The position numbers and the translations under genes are program-made. A stretch of DNA of 64,000 nucleotides from an uncultured Eubacteriales bacterium (GTDB lineage Bacteria > Bacillota > Clostridia > Christensenellales > CAG-138): NCBI GenBank assembly GCA_902768795.1, contig CACXMS010000004.1:109479-173478 (forward strand). The letters run 5' to 3'. Below the pieces are notes generated by a model. That model ran no database searches, had not been told where the DNA came from, and saw only the letters and a program-made list of their open reading frames with translations. Positions 27,733-37,204 of this stretch are shown piece after piece (within the stretch, counting starts at the first letter, position 1; every line of letters begins with the position of its first letter).

Positions 27733-29184
27733 ATGAAACAAATCCATCGCGCTTCATCTCCGCTGCAAAAAACGGCTTCCGCAAAAAAGCGGCCCGTCTT
27801 TGCGGCAGTTTGTCTTCTGCTGACGCTGCTCTTTTTGCTCTCCGCAACCGGCTGCAGCACGGCGGCCGTCGGACTGCGGGGACTTCCCCTGCTGTTTGAA
27901 ACGAAAAAAATCACCGACGTCGCCTATGACGACGTGCGCGTCGGCAGCACATATTATTTCGGCAATTACGAGCAGGACAATCGCCTGTTCAACGGCGCCG
28001 AGCGCATCGAATGGCGCGTGCTGGAGAAGAAGGACGGCGCTGTGCTGCTTCTGAGCCGCTATGTGCTCGACAGCGGCCGCTTCAACCGCAGCTCCGGCGG
28101 CTCTGCATGGGAAAACAGCGAAATCCGCACCTGGCTGAACAGCTCGTTTCTGGAGGTCGCTTTCACCAAAGACGAGCAGGCGATGATCCCGACGGTCACC
28201 GTGACCGCCGAGCCCAACGCGACCTATTCGACCGATCCCGGACGGGATACCGAGGATCAGGCGTTTCTGCTCAGCTCCGCCGAAGTCCGGTACTATCTCG
28301 GTTCTTCAACCGACCGCTCCTGCAAGCCGTCCGAAGCCGCTTCCAAAAAGGACCTTCTGATGGACAATGACTGCTGCTACTGGTGGCTCCGCACGCCGGG
28401 CAAGACGGAAAAATCCGCAATCGCCGTTGCGCCGGACGGAATGGTCCGCGATTACGGCTATGACATCTATTACACCCGGTACGGCATCCGTCCCGCAATC
28501 TGGGTCACGCTGGACGACGCCGAAGCCGCCCAAAAAGCGTCTGAATCGGAAAATCTGTCCCTGCCCAAAGCGCTTTCGGCCGACGTCGCGGTCGGAGAAA
28601 ACGTGCTGTTCGGCAAGTACGAGCAGGACGCGCGGCTGTTCAACGGCAAGGAGGACATCGAATGGATCGTGATCGCCAAGGACGATTCCTCGGTTCTTCT
28701 GATCAGCAAGTACGGTCTGGACTGCCAGCGCTTCCATCCCTATTCGAAAAACGGCATCACGTGGGAAAAGTGTGACCTTCGCGCATGGCTGAACAGCACA
28801 TTCTACCACACGGCGTTTTCCGAAGAAGAACAGAAGCAGATCGTGCCGTCCGTCGTCACGCCCGAAAAGAACCCGACGACCAACGTCGATCCCGGCGCGG
28901 AAACGACCGACAACGTCTTTGTGCTGAGCGCAGTCGAGGCAAGCTACTATCTGCCGACGGACATCGTACGCCGGTGCCGTCCGACGGCGTACGCCGCCGC
29001 AAACGGTGCGGAGCAGTTCAACGGATTCTGCTGGTGGTGGACGCGCACGCCCGGCTCCAGCAGCCGCCAGGTCGTCTGCGTCAATGACGACGGCGCCGTC
29101 GGCCGCGGCGCGTATGCCGGATACGATATGTTCTATCCCCGGTACGCGGTACGTCCGTCGATCCGCGTCGCCATCGGCGAATAA
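27733..29184 (+). CDS. secreted lipoprotein with two DUF6273-like repeats
   Basis: Lipobox LLSATGCS. Two internal repeats, each with IEW.V(L/I).K.D..VLL(L/I)S(R/K)Y.LD..RF......W(E).(S/C)..R.WLNS.F...AF. Family name from memory. Confidence 0.6.
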   Translation: MKQIHRASSPLQKTASAKKRPVFAAVCLLLTLLFLLSATGCSTAAVGLRGLPLLFETKKITDVAYDDVRVGSTYYFGNYEQDNRLFNGAERIEWRVLEKKDGAVLLLSRYVLDSGRFNRSSGGSAWENSEIRTWLNSSFLEVAFTKDEQAMIPTVTVTAEPNATYSTDPGRDTEDQAFLLSSAEVRYYLGSSTDRSCKPSEAASKKDLLMDNDCCYWWLRTPGKTEKSAIAVAPDGMVRDYGYDIYYTRYGIRPAIWVTLDDAEAAQKASESENLSLPKALSADVAVGENVLFGKYEQDARLFNGKEDIEWIVIAKDDSSVLLISKYGLDCQRFHPYSKNGITWEKCDLRAWLNSTFYHTAFSEEEQKQIVPSVVTPEKNPTTNVDPGAETTDNVFVLSAVEASYYLPTDIVRRCRPTAYAAANGAEQFNGFCWWWTRTPGSSSRQVVCVNDDGAVGRGAYAGYDMFYPRYAVRPSIRVAIGE

Positions 29185-29217
29185 AGCGATTGAAGCGAAT
29201 TTTACCGAAAGAAACGC

Positions 29218-29246
29218 TTGACAGATCGCAGCGCGGCTGTTATAAT
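29218..29246 (+). promoter_or_regulatory. sigma-70-like promoter of rplJL (TTGACA-17-TATAAT)
   Basis: Consensus -35 and -10 hexamers with a 17-nt spacer. Confidence 0.6.
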
Positions 29247-29249
29247 ATC

Positions 29250-29405
29250 CCACGGTAAAGTTCGCCGCCATAGACAGCCGGTAGCGCGAGAGCGTGTAAA
29301 TCCTGCCGAGGCAAGGAACAAACTTCCGTTTGTTTGTCTGTCCTCCCGTCTTGCGGCGGGAGGACTTTTATTGCGATCCGTCATCGCAGGAATCTTACAG
29401 GAGGT
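29250..29405 (+). promoter_or_regulatory. ribosomal protein L10 leader (autoregulatory 5' UTR with attenuator hairpin)
   Basis: About 160-nt structured UTR upstream of rplJ, ending in hairpin GTCCTCCCG-TCTTGC-GGCGGGAGGAC followed by TTTTATT. Its position matches the known L10 leader of Firmicutes. Confidence 0.55.
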
Positions 29406-29411
29406 GAAACC

Positions 29412-29930
29412 ATGGCAAATGCAAAGATTATCGAGAGTAAAGCAGCGCAAGTTGCGGAAGTCGCCGAAAAAGTCAAGAACGCGAAATCCGTGATCCTGTT
29501 TGACTATCGTGGTCTGACCGTTGCAGAGGTTACCGATCTCCGTAACGAAATGCGTAAAGAGAACGTGGAATACGTCGTTCTGAAGAACCATGCCGTCAAG
29601 CGCGCTTGTGAGGCCGCCGGCATCGACGCTTCGATCGAAGAAATGCTCCACGGCCCCAGCGCGTTCGCGTTCGGTCACGAAGACGCCGTTGCTCCGGCCC
29701 GCATTCTGAAGAACTTCATCAAGAAGGTCAAGAAGTGCGAGATCAAGGGCGGCATCGTCGAAGGAAAGGTAACGAGTGCAAAGGAAGTCGACGCCATCGC
29801 GGATCTGCCGAGCAGAGATGTGCTTATCGCCCGTCTCCTGGGCAGCATGATGTCCCCCATTTCGGGTCTCGCGATCGTGCTCGATCAGATTGCAAAGCAG
29901 AAAGATCCCGCAGCCGCTCAGGAAGCGTAA
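29412..29930 (+). CDS. rplJ: 50S ribosomal protein L10
   Basis: MANAKIIESKAAQVAEVAEKVKNAKSVILFDYRGLTVAEVTDLR... matches canonical L10. Confidence 0.95.
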   Translation: MANAKIIESKAAQVAEVAEKVKNAKSVILFDYRGLTVAEVTDLRNEMRKENVEYVVLKNHAVKRACEAAGIDASIEEMLHGPSAFAFGHEDAVAPARILKNFIKKVKKCEIKGGIVEGKVTSAKEVDAIADLPSRDVLIARLLGSMMSPISGLAIVLDQIAKQKDPAAAQEA

Positions 29931-29988
29931 CGGGCAAGAACCAATCACGACTCAAAAAAACTATTAAAAATTTATAAGGAGAATTATC

Positions 29989-30357
29989 ATGGATAAGGCA
30001 CAATTGATCGCAGACATTAAGGCGATGTCCGTTCTGGAGCTTTCTGAGCTCGTTAAGGCACTCGAAGAGGAGTTCGGCGTAAGCGCAGCGGCGACCGCAG
30101 TTGCAGTCGCAGGCCCGGCAGCAGCCGTTGAAGAAGTGGAAGAGAAGACCGAGTTCGACGTCATCCTCAAGGAAGTCGGCCCGGAGAAGATCAAGGTCAT
30201 CAAGGTTGTCCGCGAGCAGACCGGTCTCGGCCTCAAGGAAGCCAAGGCAGTTGTCGACGAAGCCCCCAAGGCCGTCAAGGAAGGCATCTCCAAGGAAGAT
30301 GCGGAGAAGCTGGTCGAAGCGTTCAAGGCCGTCGGCGCAGTTTGCGAAATCAAATAA
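29989..30357 (+). CDS. rplL: 50S ribosomal protein L7/L12
   Basis: 122 aa with Ala-rich hinge and C-terminal [26 protein letters not shown]... Confidence 0.97.
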   Translation: MDKAQLIADIKAMSVLELSELVKALEEEFGVSAAATAVAVAGPAAAVEEVEEKTEFDVILKEVGPEKIKVIKVVREQTGLGLKEAKAVVDEAPKAVKEGISKEDAEKLVEAFKAVGAVCEIK

Positions 30358-30383
30358 TCCGGTTTCACCGACCGTATCAAGCA

Positions 30384-30409
30384 AAATCCTCCCGCAAGGG
30401 AGGATTTTT
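30384..30409 (+). terminator. Rho-independent terminator after rplL
   Basis: AAATCCTCCC-GCAA-GGGAGGATTTTT. Confidence 0.8.
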
Positions 30410-30443
30410 GTATCTTGTTGTTGAGCTTTTCCACGTTTCGCAA

Positions 30444-31613
30444 TTATCTATTGCCTTTTGCCCGATTGTGCGTTTTGCAAAGCATCTGACAGTTGGAAGC
30501 ATCCGTAGCCCCGCCATGGCTCCATGCTGTAACATGGTCCGCATCCATTTCCGTAATCTTCCATATCTTTTTGGCGTTTGCCTCAGGTCCTATTGCACAA
30601 AGCGGGCAATTTGAGATGTTTTCATTCTTTGCTTTCTCTGTTTGTACTTCATAGACCCTACGTTTTACACCTTCATCAAACACACGAACATCAAGAAGTT
30701 GCGGTTCTGTCTCCCCTCCGAGAACATAAGCAAAAATGTTGCGCCGATTATTCACATAGGGGTCTTGCATCAATTCTTTCACGCGGTTATTGATTGCGGT
30801 CCGGTCGTAAGCGGTCTCGTGGTATTTATCATAGTATTCTCCCCACGGAAGTCCGCGCACTTCGCTATCTGTGTAATCAAATAGCCCACCAATCCAATCA
30901 ATGACGGATTCAAAATGGTTTTGCAATTCTGCAATACTTGTATCATTTCTGTGTTGGCTCATGTACTGTTGAATGTTTCCATGCGACACCCACTCCAAAG
31001 CTGCCTTCAACACGTCTTGTCTCTTTGGATCGCCCTTGATATAAGTTAGCCATTTGTTCATGTTGGCATTGAGAGAATTTGAAAATACGCGACGCGCGGC
31101 TGTTACAAACGGTCCGTGATAGGAAGCATTCAACCGTTCCTGATCGTTTAACGGCTCACCCTTAATGTTTACTGTCTTAAACCACTTGTCGATTTCAGAG
31201 GGATCCCCTTCACAAACATAAACCACCATTTCCGTATCAAGAATTTTTTGTTGCATGTCAGGAGACAAGCTGTCAAAGTATCTCGGATTCCCTTCTTCAT
31301 CAGGAACGGAGAAAGGGTAAGTTGTGTTTACAAAACGCCCAAACGAAGTGATGCGTTGTTGTCCGTCCAACACTTCATACTTGTCCTCTCCCGTTTTAAC
31401 AAAGTATAACAAGCCAAGCGGGTAACCAACCATCAAAGATCGAATAACATCAACGTCTTTCCCGCCCTTATCATAGATGTAATTTCTCTGATACTCAGGT
31501 TGGATTGTCAGCTTGCCATTCAAGCCGAACAAGCCCTTGCCTTCCGCTTTACTGAAAGTGAAGCCCTTGCAAATATCGCGCACGGTCCATGTTGTAACAA
31601 GTGTTTTATTCAC
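30444..31613 (-). CDS. DUF262 (ParB-like NTPase/nuclease) protein with C-terminal HNH nuclease motif
   Basis: N-terminal [11 protein letters not shown] and [10 protein letters not shown] (the DGQQR signature of DUF262). C-terminal CPLC...[32 protein letters not shown] (HNH). About 40% GC. Confidence 0.75.
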   Translation of the reverse strand: MNKTLVTTWTVRDICKGFTFSKAEGKGLFGLNGKLTIQPEYQRNYIYDKGGKDVDVIRSLMVGYPLGLLYFVKTGEDKYEVLDGQQRITSFGRFVNTTYPFSVPDEEGNPRYFDSLSPDMQQKILDTEMVVYVCEGDPSEIDKWFKTVNIKGEPLNDQERLNASYHGPFVTAARRVFSNSLNANMNKWLTYIKGDPKRQDVLKAALEWVSHGNIQQYMSQHRNDTSIAELQNHFESVIDWIGGLFDYTDSEVRGLPWGEYYDKYHETAYDRTAINNRVKELMQDPYVNNRRNIFAYVLGGETEPQLLDVRVFDEGVKRRVYEVQTEKAKNENISNCPLCAIGPEANAKKIWKITEMDADHVTAWSHGGATDASNCQMLCKTHNRAKGNR

Positions 31614-32733
31614 AGCAGTAACCCTTCTTTCTTCGAATCAGAATACGTTTATACTGACCTTCACCTTTAACAACAGGAGCGTCGAATCGCGTGTGTGGAA
31701 GCTTTATCCCTTCTAATCTGCCATCACCGCCTCGATCTGTTGTCCAAACGATCTCGAACTGTTCAGGATTATATTTGTCTAAAAAAGAAACAGGAACCCC
31801 CATTATCCCATCATAATCCGAAGGAATTGCTTCCGTAAAAGGTACTTCTATTGCATCATAGTTTTCATATTTCGGGTACTTGGTGGAATCTCCAAACTTC
31901 TTTTCAAGTCGCTTAATCAGTGTTTTATTATATTTCAAATTATCAGCCATAGTCATTAGCTGTAAAGGTTCATGTCTTTTTCCGTGGTCAATATTCGTAT
32001 ACCAAAGGCAACTATTAGTCGCTACAATGCGTTTCCCGTTTTCTACTCTTGCTTCGGTTCCGTATAATTCATAATCAGAAGGAACAATAAAGCCGGAAAT
32101 CCATCTTCCCATGCCTGTTCCTAACCACATTTTGTTTTCTTTTAGATAAGGGAATACATCTTTATAGGTGATCGAATTGATGCTCGCAATAAACAAAAAC
32201 TGTTTCCCACTCTCTATTACCCACGAAAAAAACTCACTAAACAGGGTATTGAACGGTGGATTTGTGATTATAAAATCGGCTTCATCACGAAGCTTTGTAA
32301 CCTCAGCGCTCCGGAAATCACCATCACCTTCTAAGTATTCAAACTCCAAATCTTTATGGTCTATTCTTCCCGATCCGTCCACATCTCTTTCCAAAACGTA
32401 CTTTCTCCCATGCTGTTCATGTAATCTTTCATCATAGATAGGGGATGCTGTTTCAAACAAGCTCAGTTGATGAACATTCGCCCATCCTTTGGCGTAAGAA
32501 GTGGAAACAAGCTTTTTAATACCGAACCGCTCAAAGTTGGCCGCGAAATACTTGGTAAAATTGCTCCATTCAGGATCGTCGCAAGGAAGAAGGATAACTT
32601 TATCTCTGAACACATCGGGATTGAAGTCAACATAAGCATTGACTTCTTTTTCAATGTCCTCGTATTGTGTATAAAACTCGTTTCTATTTGCGGTCTTTGC
32701 GCTTGATAAGACGTCTTGTCTCGGCATTTTCAA
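31606..32733 (-). CDS. N6-adenine DNA methyltransferase (NPPF motif)
   Basis: Catalytic motif IV ITNPPF. N-terminal [13 protein letters not shown]...ILLPCDD resembles EcoRI-methylase-like family members (from memory). Overlaps the DUF262-HNH gene by 8 nt. Confidence 0.7.
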   Translation of the reverse strand: MKMPRQDVLSSAKTANRNEFYTQYEDIEKEVNAYVDFNPDVFRDKVILLPCDDPEWSNFTKYFAANFERFGIKKLVSTSYAKGWANVHQLSLFETASPIYDERLHEQHGRKYVLERDVDGSGRIDHKDLEFEYLEGDGDFRSAEVTKLRDEADFIITNPPFNTLFSEFFSWVIESGKQFLFIASINSITYKDVFPYLKENKMWLGTGMGRWISGFIVPSDYELYGTEARVENGKRIVATNSCLWYTNIDHGKRHEPLQLMTMADNLKYNKTLIKRLEKKFGDSTKYPKYENYDAIEVPFTEAIPSDYDGIMGVPVSFLDKYNPEQFEIVWTTDRGGDGRLEGIKLPHTRFDAPVVKGEGQYKRILIRRKKGYCCE

Positions 32734-32976
32734 AGCTCCTTTTTCATGTATCCAAACTTATCAAGATGTGTTTCATTTTAACGAACAAATTATAACACGT
32801 TTCAACTTTTTTGAAAAGAGACAAAAGAAAATGCATTGCAATAATACAACTAATCCAAGCCCTTTATTGACAGAGGTTCTGTCACGGTCTTCTCCGATCT
32901 GCGGCTGCTTTTGAAAATGGGTGTAAAAACAGCCATCCCGGCCACAATGACCGGGATGGCACGGTTTGCTGTGTGC

Positions 32977-33456
32977 TTACGGGAGCAGCGGAATCTCCGG
33001 GAGCGTAACGGTTCCGACGTCGCCGTCCTGCTTCCCGGCCGGCGTTTCGGTCGGCTTCTCCGTAGGATTCTCCGTGGGAGCGTCCGTCGCGCCCGGCGCA
33101 GGCGTCTCGCCTGCCGCTGTCTGCTTTGGCTTTGCGGTCGAATCCGGCTTTTCCGTCGGTGCCTGCGTCGCGGCCTCGGTCGGGGCTTGCGTCGCGGACG
33201 GCTCAGCCGTCGGCTGTTCTGTCGGTTCGGACGGCTCCGATTCTTCCGGCTCCGGCGCAACCGCCTTCTCCGGCGTCCCGCTTTCGGGCTTATGCGTGGG
33301 GTCCGCAAGCGGCGTCTCCGACGGCGCCGCCGTCGCGGTCGGCGCTGCGTCCGGTCCGTTCCCCTTTGCGGCGCCTCGCACCGCGAAGAACACGCCGATG
33401 CACGCGGCAAGCAGCAGCACCGCCGCTGCCGCCGCAATCAACCATTTCTTTCGCAT
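32977..33456 (-). CDS. membrane-anchored Pro/Thr/Glu/Ala-rich protein
   Basis: N-terminal signal/anchor WLIAAAAAVLLLAACIGVFFA followed by about 130 aa of low-complexity PT/PE-rich sequence. Confidence 0.45.
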   Translation of the reverse strand: MRKKWLIAAAAAVLLLAACIGVFFAVRGAAKGNGPDAAPTATAAPSETPLADPTHKPESGTPEKAVAPEPEESEPSEPTEQPTAEPSATQAPTEAATQAPTEKPDSTAKPKQTAAGETPAPGATDAPTENPTEKPTETPAGKQDGDVGTVTLPEIPLLP

Positions 33457-33468
33457 ATTTCGCTTTGC

Positions 33469-33606
33469 TTACAGATCGTCCGAATCTTCCGGGGGCTCCG
33501 GGGGAACCGTTACTTCCGGCGTAATGGGCTCAAAGTCGGATGTGCAAATTATGTCCGAAAAGTTCAGACGCAGAACGGTCACTTTTGCTTCTTCATACTG
33601 TTTCAT
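33469..33606 (-). CDS. 45-aa peptide MKQYEEAKVTVLRLNFSDIICTSDFEPITPEVTVPPEPPEDSDDL (speculative)
   Basis: Short ORF between the 1073-aa surface protein and the PT-rich protein. Weak resemblance to the leader peptides at 60-63.7 kb. Confidence 0.3.
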   Translation of the reverse strand: MKQYEEAKVTVLRLNFSDIICTSDFEPITPEVTVPPEPPEDSDDL

Positions 33607-33628
33607 GGTATCACCTGTTTCTTTCTGT

Positions 33629-36600
33629 TCAGTTACTATGCGCTTCCGCATATTCTTTGGCTTTTACATAATACTGGTACATCGCGCACATGGCGTTCTT
33701 CGCGGCAGCCGTTTCCGAACCGGCCTGTTCCGCCAGAACCTTATAGGCATACGACAGACCGGAAACGTAGATCTTCACGTCGGACGTCGTTTCTTCGCCG
33801 GTCCCCGCGTCCGTCTTTGTCGCCTTCGCCCGGATGTCATACAAGTGCCCGAGCATGCCCGCGCCGATTCCGCTGATCGTGACGACATAGCGTCCGCTGC
33901 CGTCGACCGAAGGCGTATAATCCTCTCCGTCGATCGTGAACGCCGAAAGCACCGCGCCGTTCTGCGGCGTGATAAACACCTTAATCGCCGTTGCCGATTC
34001 CAGCAAAATCTGGAAGGAAACCGATGCGTAATCCGTGCTGTAGTATGCGCGCATCCGCTTCGGTTCGACCGCCGCCTTCACGTCGTCATAGGAGTACGAA
34101 TTCGTATAATGCACCGGCATCTGATCGAACTTTGCGCTGTAGCCCGAATGAATCTCGAACATGTACTGCTGCGCATAGTAGCCGTAGTCCGCGATCGCCT
34201 TGACCAGATCCTTGGCGTCCGATGCAGACATGCTGTTGATGGTGTCCAGATACTTCGGCGCGGAATAGTTGCGGACAACGGAGTGCTCCGCATTGTCCTT
34301 GCCGATGTAATGCAGCGTGGCCGTAAACGAACTCGCAAGCTGCAGGACGTTCTCGTAACAGGTGAAGCCGTACAGCAGCGTCGTGCCGGAGCTCATGAAG
34401 TCCGGATCATACTTTACCGTCTTGGTAACGGTCGTGCCGTCCTTCAGATGGATATCGAAGGTCACGTACAGCTTTTCGGGCGTCCGGTTGGCCGCCGGAA
34501 TTCCGAAATTGTCGGTGTTGTTGACGTCCCTGAGATAGACGTACATATTGACGCCGATCTCGCCGGAAAGCTCAAGGTTGCAGCTGCGGAACACCCATTC
34601 ATACAGCGCGGAAACCGTCACGTCCGCAGCCGGCATCATGAATACATACGCGCCGTTTTCGACTCTGACCTCCACCGCTGCGCCCGTATCGTCTCTGGTA
34701 ACGATCGGAAGGCCGAGCAACTCGCAGCCGCCGTACGGAACCGCGGTGACGGTCACGGTTTCATCCTTGGCCGCGGTCGACTTGTTCGCGCCGTTCTTTC
34801 CCCAGACCGGGTTCGGCTGAACGACCGTGACGTTGTAGACCTTCGGCACGAGGTTGATAATGACGGTCAGATCGCTTGCCACCATTGTGAATGTGATCTT
34901 ATTCGTCGATGCGTCATAGTTTGCGTTAAAGGTCGTGCCGTCGCTCTTTCTCACGACAACCGGCCCCTGCACCTCGTATCCCTCGTCCGGCGTCACGACC
35001 ATCGAGATCTGCTGACCGAGGTAGAGGTTGTAAACGTCGTTCGGCGAAGGCACGCCGTTGCCGTACTGATAATCGTTCGCGTCGTACGCCGTGCCGGTGT
35101 TGACCGTTACACTGCCGTTCGTCAGACGATAACCGTAGGTCGGATAGTCCTCCTGGTATGCTGTGTTGTTGTGGCTCTTGACCAGGTCGCCGCGCGTGTA
35201 GCTTGACGCCGTTCCCTGTGCGGAGCTCGTCTGGTATCCGCGCTGCACCGAGAAGCGCTTGCCGATGTTCCACTGCCAGTCGCCTTCGATCGCGCTGTTG
35301 TCGCCGCGATCGTGATCGAGCGCTTCCATGAAGAACAGGAACTGGTTGCCGACATAGGTGCCGTTGATCGGATGGTCGAGTCCGTACCATTGGGTGATCC
35401 GGCCGTTTTGCACATGGACGACCTTGATCGTTTCCCCGCTGTTCAGGTAAACGAGGCGCATCCACTCATGGTCAATGCCGGGATAGTTGTTGCCGTAATC
35501 CGGATTGTTGTAAACCTTGTCCGCAAGCGTGAGGTTTGCGACGTTCCAGTTATGGCGCGAGCCGATCATATAATAGCCGTCGGGAATACTTGCGGAACCG
35601 CCGGCGACGATGTAGAAATATCCGCCGAACGGACTGGCCCACGAGTCCTGGTAGTCCTTCCGGAAATAGATCGTTACGTTTCCGGAATGGCTTGCGTCGA
35701 CCGTGTACTCCGTTCCTTCGCCGTTGGGATACCATCTTCCTTCAGCGATCGCGCCGCTCTCCACCTTCACGACCTTGATCCTGTCGCCCTGGGCAAGCGT
35801 CGTCGAAAGCATGTATTCGTTCGCATCGTTCGGGTTCACGGTGAACTTTCCGTTGGTAAAGTCGATATAATCGACCGTCCAGCCGTTCTTGATCAGGTAA
35901 TATCCGTCCTCATAGGCCGTGCTGATCCAGATATGCCCGCCGAACGCGCTCCAATCGCTGTTGTAGGTCGATTTGAAATAGATCGTCTTGTTTCCGGCGT
36001 GCGCCGCGTCGACCGTATAGTTGCCGCCCTGATCCGGATACCACGCAGTAATCGTGCTGTTCTGAACTTTGACGACCTTGATTTCCTGCCCTGCGGTCAG
36101 CGTCGTCGTCAGCGTATGCTGACCCTGATCGTCCGTGCTGTCCGAGAATTTATCCGCATCCGTCAGGTTGCTCACATCGAACCCGTTCCGGCCGATCAGA
36201 TAGTAGCCGTCCAGAAGCCGCGTTGTGTAGATGTGACCGCCCTTCCAGCTGGAAGAGTCATGATAGCTCGGACTGAAGAAGATATACTGCGATCCGCCGT
36301 CAAGGGATACATTGCCTCCATCCGGATACCATGTCTTGATGGTGCTTCCGTCCTCGGAATACACAACCTTGTATCCGCCCGCCGTAAAGCTGCCGTAATG
36401 CTTCATGTATTCTTCCGGACTGTCCGACGTCTTTTGGGTGAATTTATACTGATCCTGCACCGACCAGCCGATCGGATCGCCGACCAGATAATAGCCCGCG
36501 CCTGCGTTGTTGCTCTTTTCCGTCCCGATCTCCTCAAGCGGCTCTTCCCCGGGCTCCTCCGGCTGCTCGCCGGGTTCCTCTTCGGGCACTTCCGGCTGCT

Positions 36601-36850
36601 CGCCGGGTTCCTCTTCGGGCGCTTCCGGCTGCTCGCCGGGTTCCTCTTCGGGCGCTTCCGGTTGCTCGCCGGGTTCCTGTGCGTTTTCTTCGGGTTCGAC
36701 CGTTTCCGCGGGCTGAACCGCCTCCGTCTGCTCCTCCATCGTGGGATCTTCTTCCGCGAGGGCGGTTACGCCCAGGCAGCCGAAGAGCATGAACGCCGCA
36801 AGCAGCAGCGAGAGGCCGCGCCTGGCTTTGCCGTACAAACTGTTTGCCAT
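33629..36850 (-). CDS. large secreted repeat protein (1073 aa)
   Basis: Signal peptide LSLLLAAFMLFGCLGVTALA, 33-nt tandem repeats encoding PEEEPGEQPEA, and four ~100-aa modules (GYY(L/M)(I/V)G...IKVVKV...WYP...YTVD...IYF). Start set to MANSLYGK (ATG 36850) with RBS GGAGAAAAAG. Confidence 0.75.
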   Translation of the reverse strand: MANSLYGKARRGLSLLLAAFMLFGCLGVTALAEEDPTMEEQTEAVQPAETVEPEENAQEPGEQPEAPEEEPGEQPEAPEEEPGEQPEVPEEEPGEQPEEPGEEPLEEIGTEKSNNAGAGYYLVGDPIGWSVQDQYKFTQKTSDSPEEYMKHYGSFTAGGYKVVYSEDGSTIKTWYPDGGNVSLDGGSQYIFFSPSYHDSSSWKGGHIYTTRLLDGYYLIGRNGFDVSNLTDADKFSDSTDDQGQHTLTTTLTAGQEIKVVKVQNSTITAWYPDQGGNYTVDAAHAGNKTIYFKSTYNSDWSAFGGHIWISTAYEDGYYLIKNGWTVDYIDFTNGKFTVNPNDANEYMLSTTLAQGDRIKVVKVESGAIAEGRWYPNGEGTEYTVDASHSGNVTIYFRKDYQDSWASPFGGYFYIVAGGSASIPDGYYMIGSRHNWNVANLTLADKVYNNPDYGNNYPGIDHEWMRLVYLNSGETIKVVHVQNGRITQWYGLDHPINGTYVGNQFLFFMEALDHDRGDNSAIEGDWQWNIGKRFSVQRGYQTSSAQGTASSYTRGDLVKSHNNTAYQEDYPTYGYRLTNGSVTVNTGTAYDANDYQYGNGVPSPNDVYNLYLGQQISMVVTPDEGYEVQGPVVVRKSDGTTFNANYDASTNKITFTMVASDLTVIINLVPKVYNVTVVQPNPVWGKNGANKSTAAKDETVTVTAVPYGGCELLGLPIVTRDDTGAAVEVRVENGAYVFMMPAADVTVSALYEWVFRSCNLELSGEIGVNMYVYLRDVNNTDNFGIPAANRTPEKLYVTFDIHLKDGTTVTKTVKYDPDFMSSGTTLLYGFTCYENVLQLASSFTATLHYIGKDNAEHSVVRNYSAPKYLDTINSMSASDAKDLVKAIADYGYYAQQYMFEIHSGYSAKFDQMPVHYTNSYSYDDVKAAVEPKRMRAYYSTDYASVSFQILLESATAIKVFITPQNGAVLSAFTIDGEDYTPSVDGSGRYVVTISGIGAGMLGHLYDIRAKATKTDAGTGEETTSDVKIYVSGLSYAYKVLAEQAGSETAAAKNAMCAMYQYYVKAKEYAEAHSN
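36555..36680. repeat. 33-bp tandem repeat (about 3.5 copies) inside the large surface protein gene
   Basis: Repeated unit TTCCGGCTGCTCGCCGGGTTCCTCTTCGGGCGC on the + strand. Confidence 0.8.
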
Positions 36851-37204
36851 CTTTTTCTCCTTCTTTTTTTCGGATGCGCCCGTATTTCTTTTTTTCCGCA
36901 AGCGCGCTGTTTTGATCGGATTTTCGCTTTTTTTCGTCGCGAAAATCCGCAATAAGCACACCCCGCCTTTTTCGGGAAAAGCGAACTGCCGCAAGCTTGC
37001 GGTATACCATGAGTATTATAGCATAGGCGGCCGAAAAAAGTCTACCTTTTTGCCTATGTACTTTTTGTATATTTTTTCCCAGATTTTGCAAGCCGACCGT
37101 TTTTTTGCCGTGCTCCCGGCGGAAAAAAGGAACCGCCCGAAGCCCCTTTCGGGGTCGGAACGGTTCCCTGGGTTTCATTGATTCGCGGATGTGCCGCGCA
37201 CCGG

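Noticed and set aside
32966-35206. 746-aa + strand ORF, and the 547-aa ORF at 35312-36955
   Set aside because: Both are antisense shadows of the 1073-aa secreted protein gene and the PT-rich gene, with low-complexity, Arg-rich translations.
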